A stretch of 58,808 bases of DNA, counting the filler, from Rhizaria sp. SCN 62-66 (Eukaryota): NCBI GenBank assembly GCA_001724265.1. It is 2 parts of 2 records of this genome, joined end to end, with 100 filler letters (N's around TTAATTAATTAA, not from the genome) between each part and the next. Parts side by side here need not be neighbours in the genome. Positions count along the whole stretch, not along the records: positions 29,447 to 58,808 come from MEDY01000380.1; 1 more part is not named here. One strand, written 5' to 3'. The notes under the pieces are model-generated. The model ran no database searches. It saw only the letters and a program-made list of their open reading frames with translations, and was not told the origin of the DNA. Positions 30,376 to 42,900 of this stretch are shown one piece after another; position 1 is the stretch's first letter; each line of letters begins with the position of its first letter. A program made the position numbers and the translations under genes.

Positions 30376-30942
30376 GCGACTCTTGTTTCATGCATTGTTG
30401 AACAACATACTGTGATTTTATCTGAGTGCAATTGAGCTTACATGCAATGTTGGTGTTCTTTTATTATCAGGGCCATGTCTTGAAGGATATGTTCTACCAA
30501 AATAAAACTAGTATATTTGTAAAATAAAATGACAATTCTATGTTATATCTTCAAAATGACAAACGAAACTGAAGATGAGGCTCTCTAAACTGTGCTTTAG
30601 TGGGTTTTCGACTGGAGCACTTGCCAGCTGGCCGCGGCGTGGACTGGTGGCTTGGTGAGGTTCAAGCAGAGTAACGATGAGGATCAAACTTTGATTGGGA
30701 TACACTCAATAGAGACCGTCAGTTTTGGACTAGCGTTCAAATAACATACTTGCTGCACTATAAATTACTAGTATTCGTTATTACACTTTTAAAAATAATT
30801 GCTATCCCGATTTGTGACGCCCTGAACGAGACCTCACTGCACACTCTTCGATCCCTTCGTCTCGCTCTCTCTCGCCTCCAGCTTTGTTCTACCAACTCGC
30901 TTTTCTTTCGAACGACACACACTCCGGACCTTGCTTACCGCG

Positions 30943-33900
30943 ATGGCCGACCGCTTCAGCGGCCCTGCCCCGTGGGGCGCCCCTTCCGCCGCCTGGGACA
31001 CGAGTGCCATCAGCGATTCTGGCGCTGGTGCCTACCCCAGCAGCGGCGGCCAGCATCCCCCGCAGCCGCAGCACCAACAGTACCAGAGCAGCAGCTACGG
31101 CGGCATGAACGGCGAAGACGAATACGCTGGCGACGACGACTATAACGACGACGACTACGAGCAAGGCGACCTGCCACAGCCTGGACACCAGCAACAGCAG
31201 CCAAGCAGCGGTGCTCCTGCTCCCGCCGCTGCTCATATCGCTGCTGCTGCTCTTGCTCGCAACAACGGCGATGATGACGACGACGACGACTACGAGGACG
31301 ACGGCTACGACGCGAACGCTGCTCCGGCTTACGCTGCTGCATCGAGCGCGAACGCGCGCGGCAGCAGCAGCAGCGGTGCCAACCGTGTCGCTGAAGGCCA
31401 TGACGGTGACGATGACGACGACTATGGGGGCGAAAGCGAGTTCGCTCCCGCCTCCGCAGCGCCTGCCATCACGACCACCGCTACTTCTAGTGACAGCGCA
31501 CGTGGTAGCGCCAGTGCAAACGAGAACGCCGTGTTCAGAGCGACGCAGTCCCCCGCCCTCGAGTCCGTCCCCATCCCCAGCTCGACCCAGAGCAGCAACA
31601 GCACCAACAGCAGCAACAGCAGCAACAACGGGCGCAACGCTGAGAAGCAGCCGCTGCAGCGGCCGCCGTCGAGTGCCACGACCGCGGGTCTGCGCCCGAG
31701 CGCGCGCGTTGACCTTCTGGCCCCGCTGCTGCCGCCCATGCCGCCGGTGCACTTCGGCTCCGCCAATAGCAATAGCAACATCAGCAGCAGCAGCAGCAGC
31801 AGTAGTAGTAACGGCGCGAACAACACGCAGTCGTTCTCCCAGTCACAGTCACAGGCGCACTACGGCAGCGGCTCGCAGTCATTTCGCGCCAGCACGGCCG
31901 CGCGGTCTTCCCGCAACGGCACCGCGCGTGCCCAGAATCCCCAGAACCCCCAGAGCGCGGGCTCTGCGAGTTCAAGCTACGGCGGCAGTGGCGGGGACAG
32001 CGGCATCTCGACGGCGCGCTGGGCCGAGCCGGTGCCGGAGGCCACGCAGCTGCGCAGGCTCAAGACGGCTGAGGGCCAGTCGCGCGCCGCGGCGAAGGGG
32101 TTCTTACACAACCTTCCGGCGCCCTTACCCGCGCCCTCGTCTAAGGGAGGCAACCTTAGCAACAATACTTCTTCTAAGGGATCAGTCGCGTCTGTGAACC
32201 CGTATCAGCAGCCGCTGACGTCCGTCACTGCGAGCTCGCACAACGGCCACAACAACAACAGCAGCAGCAGCAGCACGCAGTCGTCGAAGCACCCCCACAG
32301 CTCTACAGCGAACGGCAGTAACGGCGGCAGTAGCGGCAATACCAACAATGCGCACCATTTGCCGACTCTCGCACAAGCCAACAGCGCCCCTAACACTACG
32401 AACGGCCACAACGGCGGCAATAGCAGCGCCTCGTCGACTGCCGCCGTTACGTCCGCTCACAGCGGGCCCTACTCGGCACTGAACCCCTTCGACGGGCTGC
32501 TGCCGCCGGCGACGCTGACGGCGGCCACGGCGCTGCAGCTGCGCGCGCGCTCGGACCAGACGACGGCGGCACTGCGGGCCTCGCAGCAGGCACACGCGCG
32601 TGACCGCGACGAGGCGCGCGCCACGGTCGCCGCGCTGTCGGCCGCGCTCGACCGGGAGACCGCGGCGCGCGCGCGCGCTGAGGCCGCGCTGGCCAGGGCC
32701 GCGGAGGACCAGGCGGAGGCCGTCGCGCGAGAGACCGCGGCCGTGGCGGCGGCGGCGGCGGCGCGGCTGGCTGCAATGACAGCCGAGAGGGACCACAACG
32801 CCCACGAGGCGCACCTCAAGCTGCTCGCGTACCAGGTAGGTCTTTCGCTGAAATGCGTTTCAAATTACAAAGATATCCTTGTAATTCTTCTCCAACGCTC
32901 ATGGGAATTTTTGTTCATTCAATAATTTCGAAGCTTCAACTATATTGCTCTTCACTCACACCTATGCCTTCCATGACTTGCCTTCCATAACTTTGTTTTA
33001 TGACTCCAGGGCGAGCGCGAGCGGTGCGGGCAGCTCTCTGCCGCGGTGGCCAACGCCGAGGCGCAGCTCGCTCTCGCGCAGCAGACGCACCGCGCGCACA
33101 CGGCCGAAGTGGCCGCCGCGGAGGAAAAGGTCCAGGGCTTGCTCGCGCGGCTCGACGCAGTCAAGGAGGAGAAACGCGCCATGGGTCGCGACTACGATCA
33201 GCGTCTCCTGCTCGCAGAGAGGCAACGCGAGGTACGTGTTTGTGTTAGACGCTTTAGCAACACTTGAGTAACACATCTTTTAATTGATACTGATATTGTT
33301 TCTTAACTGTTTCTCACGTAGACGTTACATTTATTCTCGTTTCTTAATTACATTCACTCAGGACGTTGTCGCCGACTACAGCAAGATCGAGAAGCACGTG
33401 GTCGAGCTGGTCGCCAAGGCCGAGGCGCGCCAGGCTGAGGTTACCGCGGTAATGAAGGAGAAAGAGGACCTCCGCGCGCTGATGCGCGAGCAGATCGATG
33501 GCCTGACGGAGCGTCTGCGCGTGCAGCGCGAGTCGCTGCTGGCGGAGCACGAGGCCGCGGAGCAGATGACCGAGGCCAAGGCCAAGGCGCGCGTGGCCAA
33601 GGCCGAGGGCGAGCTGGCCGCGCTGCAGACCACGCTTGCGGCGCTGTCGGAGCGCGTTGCCAACGCGCAGCAGGTCACCGCCGCCGCCGTCGCGGCAGAG
33701 GAGAAGCGCCAGAAGACGCTGTTCGAGGGCAAGATGCGCAAGTTCAAGCGCACCACGCGCGCCCGCGCCGCCCGCATCGCGCGCCTCACCGGCCACAGCG
33801 CTGCGAACGCCGGTGTGGGTGCCGCGGGCGACGGTGCCGGCGCCAACACGTCGCTGTCCGCCGCGCAGGAGTTGCTCCGGCTGACAGACCTCGCGACCAG

Positions 33901-36900
33901 CACTGCGACGGCCTGCTTCCCGGCGCCCGATGCGAGCAAGCCGACAGCGAGCGTTGCGAGCAGCAGCAGCAGCAGTAGCAGCAGCAGCAGCAGCCGGCTC
34001 ATGACCAAGACCGAGCGCGCCGTGCTGCGCAAAGTGACCGCTGCCGCCGCGGCCGTGGCGTCGGGCTCCGCCGCCGCGTCGCGCACCAGCAGCAGCAGCA
34101 CTGGCAGGACCGGCGCTTCGGGCAGTTCCGCAATTGACCTCAGCCACCCGTTCGCGCGCAGTAGCTACACCCCCTACAACAGCGGCGCGCAGTCCAGCTC
34201 CACCGCGGGCCCTCGCGGCAGCGGCGCTGCGACTGCGCGCGTTGGCGCCAGCGCGGTCGCGGGCGGCGTGGATGAATGGTCCTCGTCGGACGCTGACGAC
34301 TTCCTGCCCTCGCCGTCCGACTCGTCCTCGGACTCGGACCAGGCCGCCGCCAGCACCGCCAGCGGTGCGCTGTGCCACTCGCGCTCGCCGGTCGACCCCG
34401 CCGCCGCCGCGGCCGCTCTCGCGCGCCACCGCCGCCGCCGCCCGCCGGTGCCCGGCGCGGCCCTCGGCGACGACCCGCTGGCCGTGGCCGACGCCGAGCT
34501 CAAGCGCTTGTGGGGCGGGCCGCTGTACCGCGGCGCGCGCGTCTACGGGTCTGCGCTCGAGGGCGTCTTCGCCTCGTCCTCAGACGGCGACTCCACGCCC
34601 GCCCCCGCCCACGCAGGCGGCGGCAAGCACGGGCACGCTCGGCCTGGAGAGGGCGGCGTGTGCGCGAGCGACCTGGAGTGGAGCAGCGACAGTGAAGAGA
34701 CGGAGAGCAACGACGACAGCAATGGTGCCGCTGCGGCGCACGGCTTCGGCGGTGACGCCGCGGCCGACACGGCGCATAACCACTCGCCGCCGTCGGCTGT
34801 GACGACGCTCAGCGTCTCCGGCAGCGCGGCGGCCATCGGCGGCAGCATCAGCCGCTCTCAGTCGCGCCTCAGCAACAGCGTCGCTGCGAACACTGCCGCG
34901 GCCGCGCGCCCCTCATTCCCGAGTGCCAGCGCGAGAGCCAGCGCCGTCAAGCCCAGCGTGAGCGCCAGTGGCGGCAGCAGCAGCCGGAACAGAAAAAAGC
35001 GCCGCGGCGAGTGCGTGTGCTTCTGCGGCGTATGCCCGACGTCCATCATGCATGCCGCCGGCAACGGTGTAAACGCGAACACTGCTGCGGGCGCGAGTGC
35101 GAACGCGTCTAGAAACAACAGCTTCGCCGCGAGCGTCGGCGCTATCGACGGTAAGCGCCGCCACGTGTGCGCCTGTCCATGCGGCGTCGACGCCGTCGCC
35201 CGCAACAAGGCCCGCCGCGCGCGACGCCGTCTGTATGCGCGCTTTTTCCACGGCGTTGCGGCTAACGCGGGCGCTGCAACGACGATCAACATCAACATGG
35301 TCAAAAATGTCAACAATACCGTTAACGTCACCAACAACAAGTCTGGCGGAGGCAGTAAGATGAACAGCCCCAACATCAACAAATCTCAGTCTGCGACGAC
35401 CACGACGACGTCGACTGCGACAGCGAACATCGCTGCCAGCTCCACCGCCTTCTCGCTGCCGCCACTGATTTCGCTGCAGCGCGACCGCAACACGCTGCTG
35501 CGCCAGTTCCGCCGCATTTCGCTCGCCAACGCCGTGGCCGACGCCGTGCGCTCGCAGGCTAAGGCCGTCGCCGCCGTGGTGACTGCGCTCGCGCGCGAGA
35601 TCGACGACAGCGCGGCCGACAACAGCTTTGGCGACGACTACTACTCCAACAGCAGCAAGAGCAGCATGGCTGACAGCGCGAGCTACTACAGTGGCAACTA
35701 CGACCAGTACGCCTACCTCCGCGGCGACGCCGCTGCGGCTGGCGCTGCATCCGTGCCGGACGGCGCCGCTGCGAACGCCAACAGCGGTGGGGCAGGTGCG
35801 AAGCCACTCAGCGCGAACGCGCGCGTGCTGTACCGTGTGCTGGCCCGGTACGCGACGCAGTACTGCACTGAGCGCGACCTCTGCGGCGCGCTCGGCATCC
35901 CGGCGCACCACTGCAACAACTGCAACAACGGCTGCGGCAATAACACCGACGCTGCGAGTGCTGCTTCTGCTCAGACCACTCCCGAGTCTGATGTTGCGAC
36001 TGCCGCGAACACGGACGCGGCGACCGTCAACACGGAGGCCACCGAGGAGAAGACTAACAACAGCGGCAGCAACATCAGCGACGATGACGACACCAAGACG
36101 GATGTTAAGCCTCTGAGCAGTGCACATACTATTCCTGTCTCCCCTGTTCCTGCAAGAATGAGTCCCTCTGTCGGCTCTCGCGCTCTCGTTGCCGCTGCCC
36201 CGCCGAAGCGCCACGGCCCCGCGCAGTGCCCGCAGTGGCTGCTGCTGCGCGCGCGAGAGAGCGAGCTGCAGCTGCAGTCACACCTACACCGCCGCGTCAC
36301 TCTGCTGCTGCTCTCGCTCGACACGCACATCGCCACCGCGCACAACGCGCGCCGCGCCGCGCAGGCCGCCGCCACCGCCGCCACCGCGGCCGCGGCCGCC
36401 GCCGACGCCGCGACGGCGACTGCGCAGTCGGCCGCGCTGGTTGCTAAGGCCGACGCCGAGGCCAGCGCCGCCGAAGCTGCCGTCGCGAAGGCCGAGGCTG
36501 CGGTCGCCCGCGAGCAGGCTGCCGCTGCTGCCGCCGCAGCCACCGAGGCCGCCGGGAGGGCCGCCGTTGCGGAGGATGCGCTTGCTGACGCGAAGGCGAT
36601 GGCCAAGTACCAGAGCCTGGCCGCGAGTGTCGACAAGGAGAACGCCGTGGCGCTCGCCGTGGCCGAGGCCGTCACCAAGGCCAACGCTGAGGCTGTGGCG
36701 GCGGCTTCTGCCGCGATCGCAGCCTTTGCCACGTCCGCGACAAACAACACTGCGAACGCCGGCGCGAGCAAGAGCTCTGCTTTGAGCAGCAAGCGTGACT
36801 CCGTCACCGGCAGCAACGCGAACGTTGGCCTCGCGTCCGCCAGCGCCAGTGCGAGAGGCGCTGCCAGCCCAGTTGCGGGCTCCGGCGCCAACAGCGCGGT

Positions 36901-39900
36901 GTCGTCTCAGCGCGACTCGGCGCCCGACAACGCCGCCGTGAACGGCGCCATGGCGACCGCGGCGACTGTCGCGCTGCCGTTCGTGCTCACGCTGCCGCCC
37001 GTGGCCGCGCCAACGCCCGCGCCGCTGCCCGCCGCGCCCGCATCGCACTCGACCAAGGCGCAGCAGCAGCTGCAGCACAAGAGCAAGCGCTTCAGCGCCT
37101 CGGCCGACGCGACCGCCGTCCTCGCCGCCGCGGCCGCCGCCGCCAGCCAGGCCCGCGCGGCCGCGACCGCCACGGCGGCCTCTGCGGCTGCGGGCGTGCA
37201 CGCTCCCGGCGCAGTCGCCGCGGCTGCCGTGCGCGCCGCGCAGGACGCGCTGGTGGCCGAGGCGCACCAGAACTGCGGCGCAAAGGGCTGCTGCGCGGCG
37301 CTCAAGAGCACCGCTGCTGCTGCTGGTAATAGTAGCTCGAACACGTCTGACAGCCGCAACGTGAGCTTTGCTGACGCGAACAGGAGCTATAGCGACAGCA
37401 AGAGCAGACTCGCGGTCAGCGTGAGCGACTCCGATTCCGACTCTGACCCGTCGAGCCGCGGCGCGCGCGCGGCGAAGCGTGCGGCTAACCCGCCCAAGGT
37501 GTGGTGCGTGCAATCGCTATTCGCCAAGTACTTCGCTGACCTTGGCTACACTAGCGCTAACGCCGACACGAGCGCTGGCGCTGCCTCTGCCGAGAGTACC
37601 AGCAGCGTAATCGACATTGACACCTCTTCGAGCACCTTTGGCGATCTCGCAGCCGCACGCCTGCACCTGGGCGTGTCCCTGCTGTCGTCGCTGTTCCTGG
37701 CCTCGTCGATGCCCAGCGACGCCGCCACCGTCACCGCCACGGCCGCGGAGGCGGCCACGCAGGCCGCGCTGTCCGCCTCGTCCCGCAGCGCTGCACCGCT
37801 TACGGTCACTGCACCGCGCCCCAACAACCGCAGCATCAGTCTCACCACTGCGGGCCCCCGCCCTGTGCCTGCGTTCTTGCCGCCGCCCGCGCTGGCCCCT
37901 GTGGCGGCCACGCTGCGCTCGCTGGTCGCCACCGCGAGCGCCGCCGCGCTGTCTCAGGCCACGGCCGCCGCGCTAGCCGGCGGACACGAACAGTGGTCCA
38001 TCGCCGTTTGCGGCGCCGCGGAGACCGCCGCCACCGTCGCACGCAACGCCGCCGAGCACGACAATGCGCTCGACGGGGAAGTCAAGCCGCCGAGCGCGGA
38101 CGTGGTCGCGCCTCTGTGCGCCGCTGTCGGCGCGTCGCTGCGCGCACACCTGACGCGCTGCGCCGCCGAGGGCGCGCTCGAGGCCGTCGCCGTGGCCACC
38201 ATGAAGTGCGACGCAGTCGTCAGCGTGGCGGCCGAGTCCGCCGCCGTGGCCGCCAAGGCCGCGATTGACAAGTTCTCGGCTTCTAGCAGCAACACCAGTG
38301 GCGGTAACGCTGCTGCGAACGCTCGAGCTGAGGGCGCGAGTCGCTGCAGCATCAGGGACGCTGGCGATGTCAACGCCGACGAAGAGAGCAAGCTGGACAT
38401 TTCGGTCACAGCTCCAACGCACGATCTTGCCAACAACAGCAGCGAGAACACTGCTACAGGCGACAATTCTAATCGTAACCTTGAGAGTTCTGACTTTCTC
38501 GGCACTGCTGACATCCGCAACACTTTTCCCAATCCGGTCCACAGCAAGACCGCTGCCGGCTCCGCTACCGCGAGCCGCAGCGTGAGCCCGACCCTGTGTG
38601 CCAGCGTCACCGGCAGCGACGACGTCAACGCGCTGCTGTGGCCGCGCGTCAAGGTGGCCATCGCCACGCTGCTCGCGCTAGGCGCCGGCGCCGGCTCCGC
38701 GCCCTCCGCGCCCGCGCTCGCGGCCCCGCCCGCCTGGGTCCCCGCCAACGCCGTCGCCGCGACCGGCAACGCCGCCGGCGCTAGCAGTACCGCGGCGAGC
38801 ACCAGCGGCAGCTCGTCGACCGTGGCCGCTGCGCTGGGCAGCAGCGCGAGCTCCGCCTCGCTGGCGGTGCTGCGCTCTCGGTCGACTACCCCCGGCGGCG
38901 TTAGCACGGGCCACAGCGCCGGCGATTCCACCGCCGACTCCGATCAAAACAGCAGCAGCAGCAGCAGCAGCGGCGGCGGCGCGAACTCCGGCAGTCTTAG
39001 CCAGGACAACTCCAGCGCGTCCAGCTTCAGCACTGGGTACGACCCCTATGCGCCGCTGTCCCTCGTCGGCTCTTCGCCGCTGTTCACCGACCTCACGGCT
39101 TACAATAGCGCCAACGCCGCCGCCACGGCCGCCGCCGCGACTGCCGCCACAGCCATCGCGTCAGCGGCCCCGGCCCGCGCGCGCGCCCGCACCGGCGCCG
39201 TGATGGCGCCGCTGACGGGCGCTGCGGCCGCCGCGGCTGCCGCCGCCGCGACGGCCAAGGTCGCCGCGTTCCCGCTCACGCCCGCGGCCGTGCTGGCCGA
39301 GCTCAGCGCGCACTCGCAGCGCGTCTTCGCCTCCACCAGCACCGGCGCCAGCGCCAGTGCCAGTGCAAACGCGGGCGCTAGCGGCTCTGCGAGCACCAGT
39401 GGCAGCGCCGCCGGAAGCACTAGCGGCGGTGCGCCTGCTGCTAACGCCACGACGAGCGTTTCCGCCGCTGCCAACGGTGTGTCTGGTCTCGTCACTGGCA
39501 GCGGCGCTAGCGGCAGCGCTGGCGGCGACAGCGCCGTCTCCCGCAGCGGCGCTGCCAAGGAGGTCATCGCGCAGGCCGCCGCCGCCGCGACCGCGGCCGC
39601 CGCGGATGGCGCCGCGCTGGCGCTGGCGCAGGGCCAGGGCGCAATGCAGGCCTTCGCCGCGGCCGTGGCCGCCGCGAGCGCCACGCCCGCCGTTACGGCC
39701 ACGACCGTCGCCGGCAACAGCGGCGTGCCGCTTACCGTCTTCAGCAACACCAGCAGCAGCGGCAGCAACGCGAATCTGGCCTCTAGTGTGGCCGGCAACA
39801 ACATGACCCACGCGTTCCCCATGCTGCCTGTCTCGAGCGCTTCCGCCGCCACTGGCTCTGCCTCTGGCGCCAACTCTGCTGCGAGCACGGCGCCTGTGCC

Positions 39901-42900
39901 GACGACCGCCGCCGCGGCCACGGCCGCCGCCGCCGCCGCTGCCGCCTCTGCCGCGGGCGCCTCTGCCTCGCTGACCGCGCTCACCGTCACCTCGGCGGCG
40001 GCCGTGCTCGCGCAGGCGACCGCGGCCGCGGACACGCAGTACCGGTTGCAGCAGGCGCTGGCGGCCGCGAGCGCGCCCGAGCAGTTTGTGCGTGCCGCGG
40101 CGGCGATCCTCGCCAACACGCCCGCCGCGAGCGCGCTCGGCGCCAACGGCAACGGCAGCGGCTGCGGCGTCACCGGCACAGGTGCTGGCGCGGCAATGGC
40201 CGACGTCGTCGAGACGCTGCTCGCTGTCGCTCACGCCAATACTGCTCATGCCAATACTCAGAGCGCGAGCAGTATCGCTGCCACAGCAAACAGTGCCAAC
40301 CAAACGAGCCTTGTGTCGTACTTTGGCGACAGTCAAAACATTGGCGGCCTCGTCATGCCGCCCGCGCTGCTCCAGGCCTCCAACGCCGCCACCGCGGCGG
40401 CCGCGCTCGCTGCGCGCACCTCTGTCCCGCTCGCGCTTGCCACATTCATCACCGGTTCCAGCACCGGCGCTGAACACGTTAGCGCCCCGACTGTGAACCC
40501 TGTGCCTGCCATGAGCGCGCACATCGGCGCCGACGTCTTCATCCCAGGCAAGCCCAGCGCCCCCAGCGTCCCCGGCGGCTTTGCGCCTGCCTCTTCGCTC
40601 TGGGCCGCGCTCACCGGCCAGCAGCAGCAGCAGACCGCGGACGCGGCTCAGGGCGGCTTGACTTCCGCCGCGACGCGCTCCTGGTACGCCCTGCTCTCGG
40701 CCCTCGCCTCCCCGCCCCCCGTCTCCTCCTCGAGCGCCGGCAGCGCCAGCGCCGCGGGGCCCAAGATCACCGTGGTCAGCGGCTACGGCAACGACGATGA
40801 GGACGACGACGACGACGCAGCCGCGGTGAGCCCGTGGGCCGTGCTGCTCACGGACCCCTTTCCAGTCGCCAGCGCCGCCACGCCGTTCCCCGCCGCGCCC
40901 GCGCTCGCGCTCGCCGCCGCGGCCCCGCGCCCCGCCGCCGCCGCCGCCGCCGCGCTCGACACGGCGCTAGCGCTCGCCCGCACTGAGGAGCGGCTGTTCG
41001 CTCTCGCCGCTGCCGGTTACGTCTCTGCACAGGCGCAGCAGATGACCGAAGCCACCGCACTTTCGTCCCAGCAAAGCGCTGGCTCCGACGCCACTAGCGC
41101 GGCGTTGACGGCCACTGCGGCCGCAAACGCCGTCGCCGTTGTTAACGCCAATGTCGCCTCTGCCACCGCAGCCGCGGGTGGCTCGACCGGCGGCGCATCG
41201 CGGCAGGCCTCGCGCGGCGCACGGCAGCAGCAGCAGCAAGCGCCCGCGATCGCCGCCGCCGCGTCCTCCGCCGCCGTCGCAGCGGGCGCCGCGGCCATCG
41301 CCGCCCGCGACGCTGCGGCGCAGACGGGCTCCGCGGCCGAGCTGCGCCACCGGCTCCTGTCCACCAACGCGCCCATCGCGCTCGCTCTCGCCCTCAACGC
41401 CACTGTCTCGCACGGCAGTCACCCGCACCACCAGTCCGCGGGCGCGTCTGGCCGCCACGCCGCCCACGGCCACGGCCACGGCGGCCACGGCGGCCAGTCG
41501 GCTTGGAGCGCCCGGGGCACAGGATTCGACTCGCCCGCCGCGGCCGCGCTCACGGTCACGCGCCTGCGCGCGGCTGCAGCGCTGGGCGCGGGCGCGCTGC
41601 CGCCGCTGCGCAGCGCGTGGCGCGCGCTGGGCCAGGCCTCGGCCGCGCCCGCGCCCGTCGCGGCCCCCGCGTCAGCGCTGCTCGCGCGCCAGGCCATCGC
41701 CGCCGCCGTCTCCACCGCGGTGACCAACACCTACGGCGCCGGCGCAACTGCAGCCTCTGGCCTTAACGCGAGCCTCAACTGTGGCGTCGGCAATGGTGCT
41801 GGCGCTAACGCGGGCCTGTACACTAGCAGTAACCATTCGAGCGCAGTCGCCACTCCGGCGACGGGCGTTAGAACTCTCGCCAGAGCCGCGAGCCCCGGCT
41901 CCGGCGTCATTCGGAGCTCGTCCTCTCGTGTCCACAGCGCCAGCGCGCGCGGTGACACCGCCGTGAGCTCTGGCGTGGCGAGCCCCAAACCCGCGTTGGC
42001 GACTCCGCTGTGCCCTGGCGGTTTCGCCGCTCCCGGCGCTAGCGCGCCGGCCGACGCCAACGCCACGACGAACGCGCTGCTGTACGGCAGCGGCAACACT
42101 GGCAAGCTGCCCGCCGCCGTGGCCCACAGTCTCGCCGCGACGCTGGTGGCGGCGTACGGCCCCGGCTCGCTCGCGGGCGAGCTGCTTGCCGCGCACAGTC
42201 ACTTCACGCCCATCTCCAGCGCCAGCGGCGGCGGCGGTGGTGGCCACGCTGGCGGCGCAGGCTCTACCAACACCACTCGGCCTGGGACTGCTTTGGGAAC
42301 CCACAGCAGCAGCAACAGTGCCAACAACAGCTTTAACTTCGCTCTCACGACCAGTCACAGCGGCAGCGGCGACGCCATCACTGGTGGCGCCAACGCAGCC
42401 AACGCTAGCGGCGTCAGTCCGCCGTTCACCGCGACTATGACCGCCACGGCGACCGCCAGCTCAACCGCCGCAGCCGGCGCGAGCATCAATCGCGTCGGCT
42501 CCCGCGCGCGCACGCTGTCGCAGCACCGCCCGTCCAACAGCAGCATCGCAGGCCTCGGCGCTCACGCTGCTGCCGGCGCGGCCGCGGGCTACAACAGCCC
42601 TCCGTCCGCGGCTGCGGTTAACCCCGGCGCCAAGAGTCACGCCGCCACGGGCTCTAGCGGTTACAACAGCGCCGCGGCCGCGACCGCAGCCGCGACGACG
42701 GCCGCGCTCGCCAGCGCCAGTAGTTTGATCACGGCGGCCTCATCCGCGTCCGCCTCGGCAGCGACGGCTTCGCTGCTGCTGCCTGCGGACGCGGTGACCG
42801 CGTTCCAGCTGCACTGCCGCACGCAGGCCGCGGTGCTGGCGCACGTGGCGGCGGCCGTGCAGCGCAGCAGCGCTGAGGCGCGCGCCGCGGTGGGCCGGCT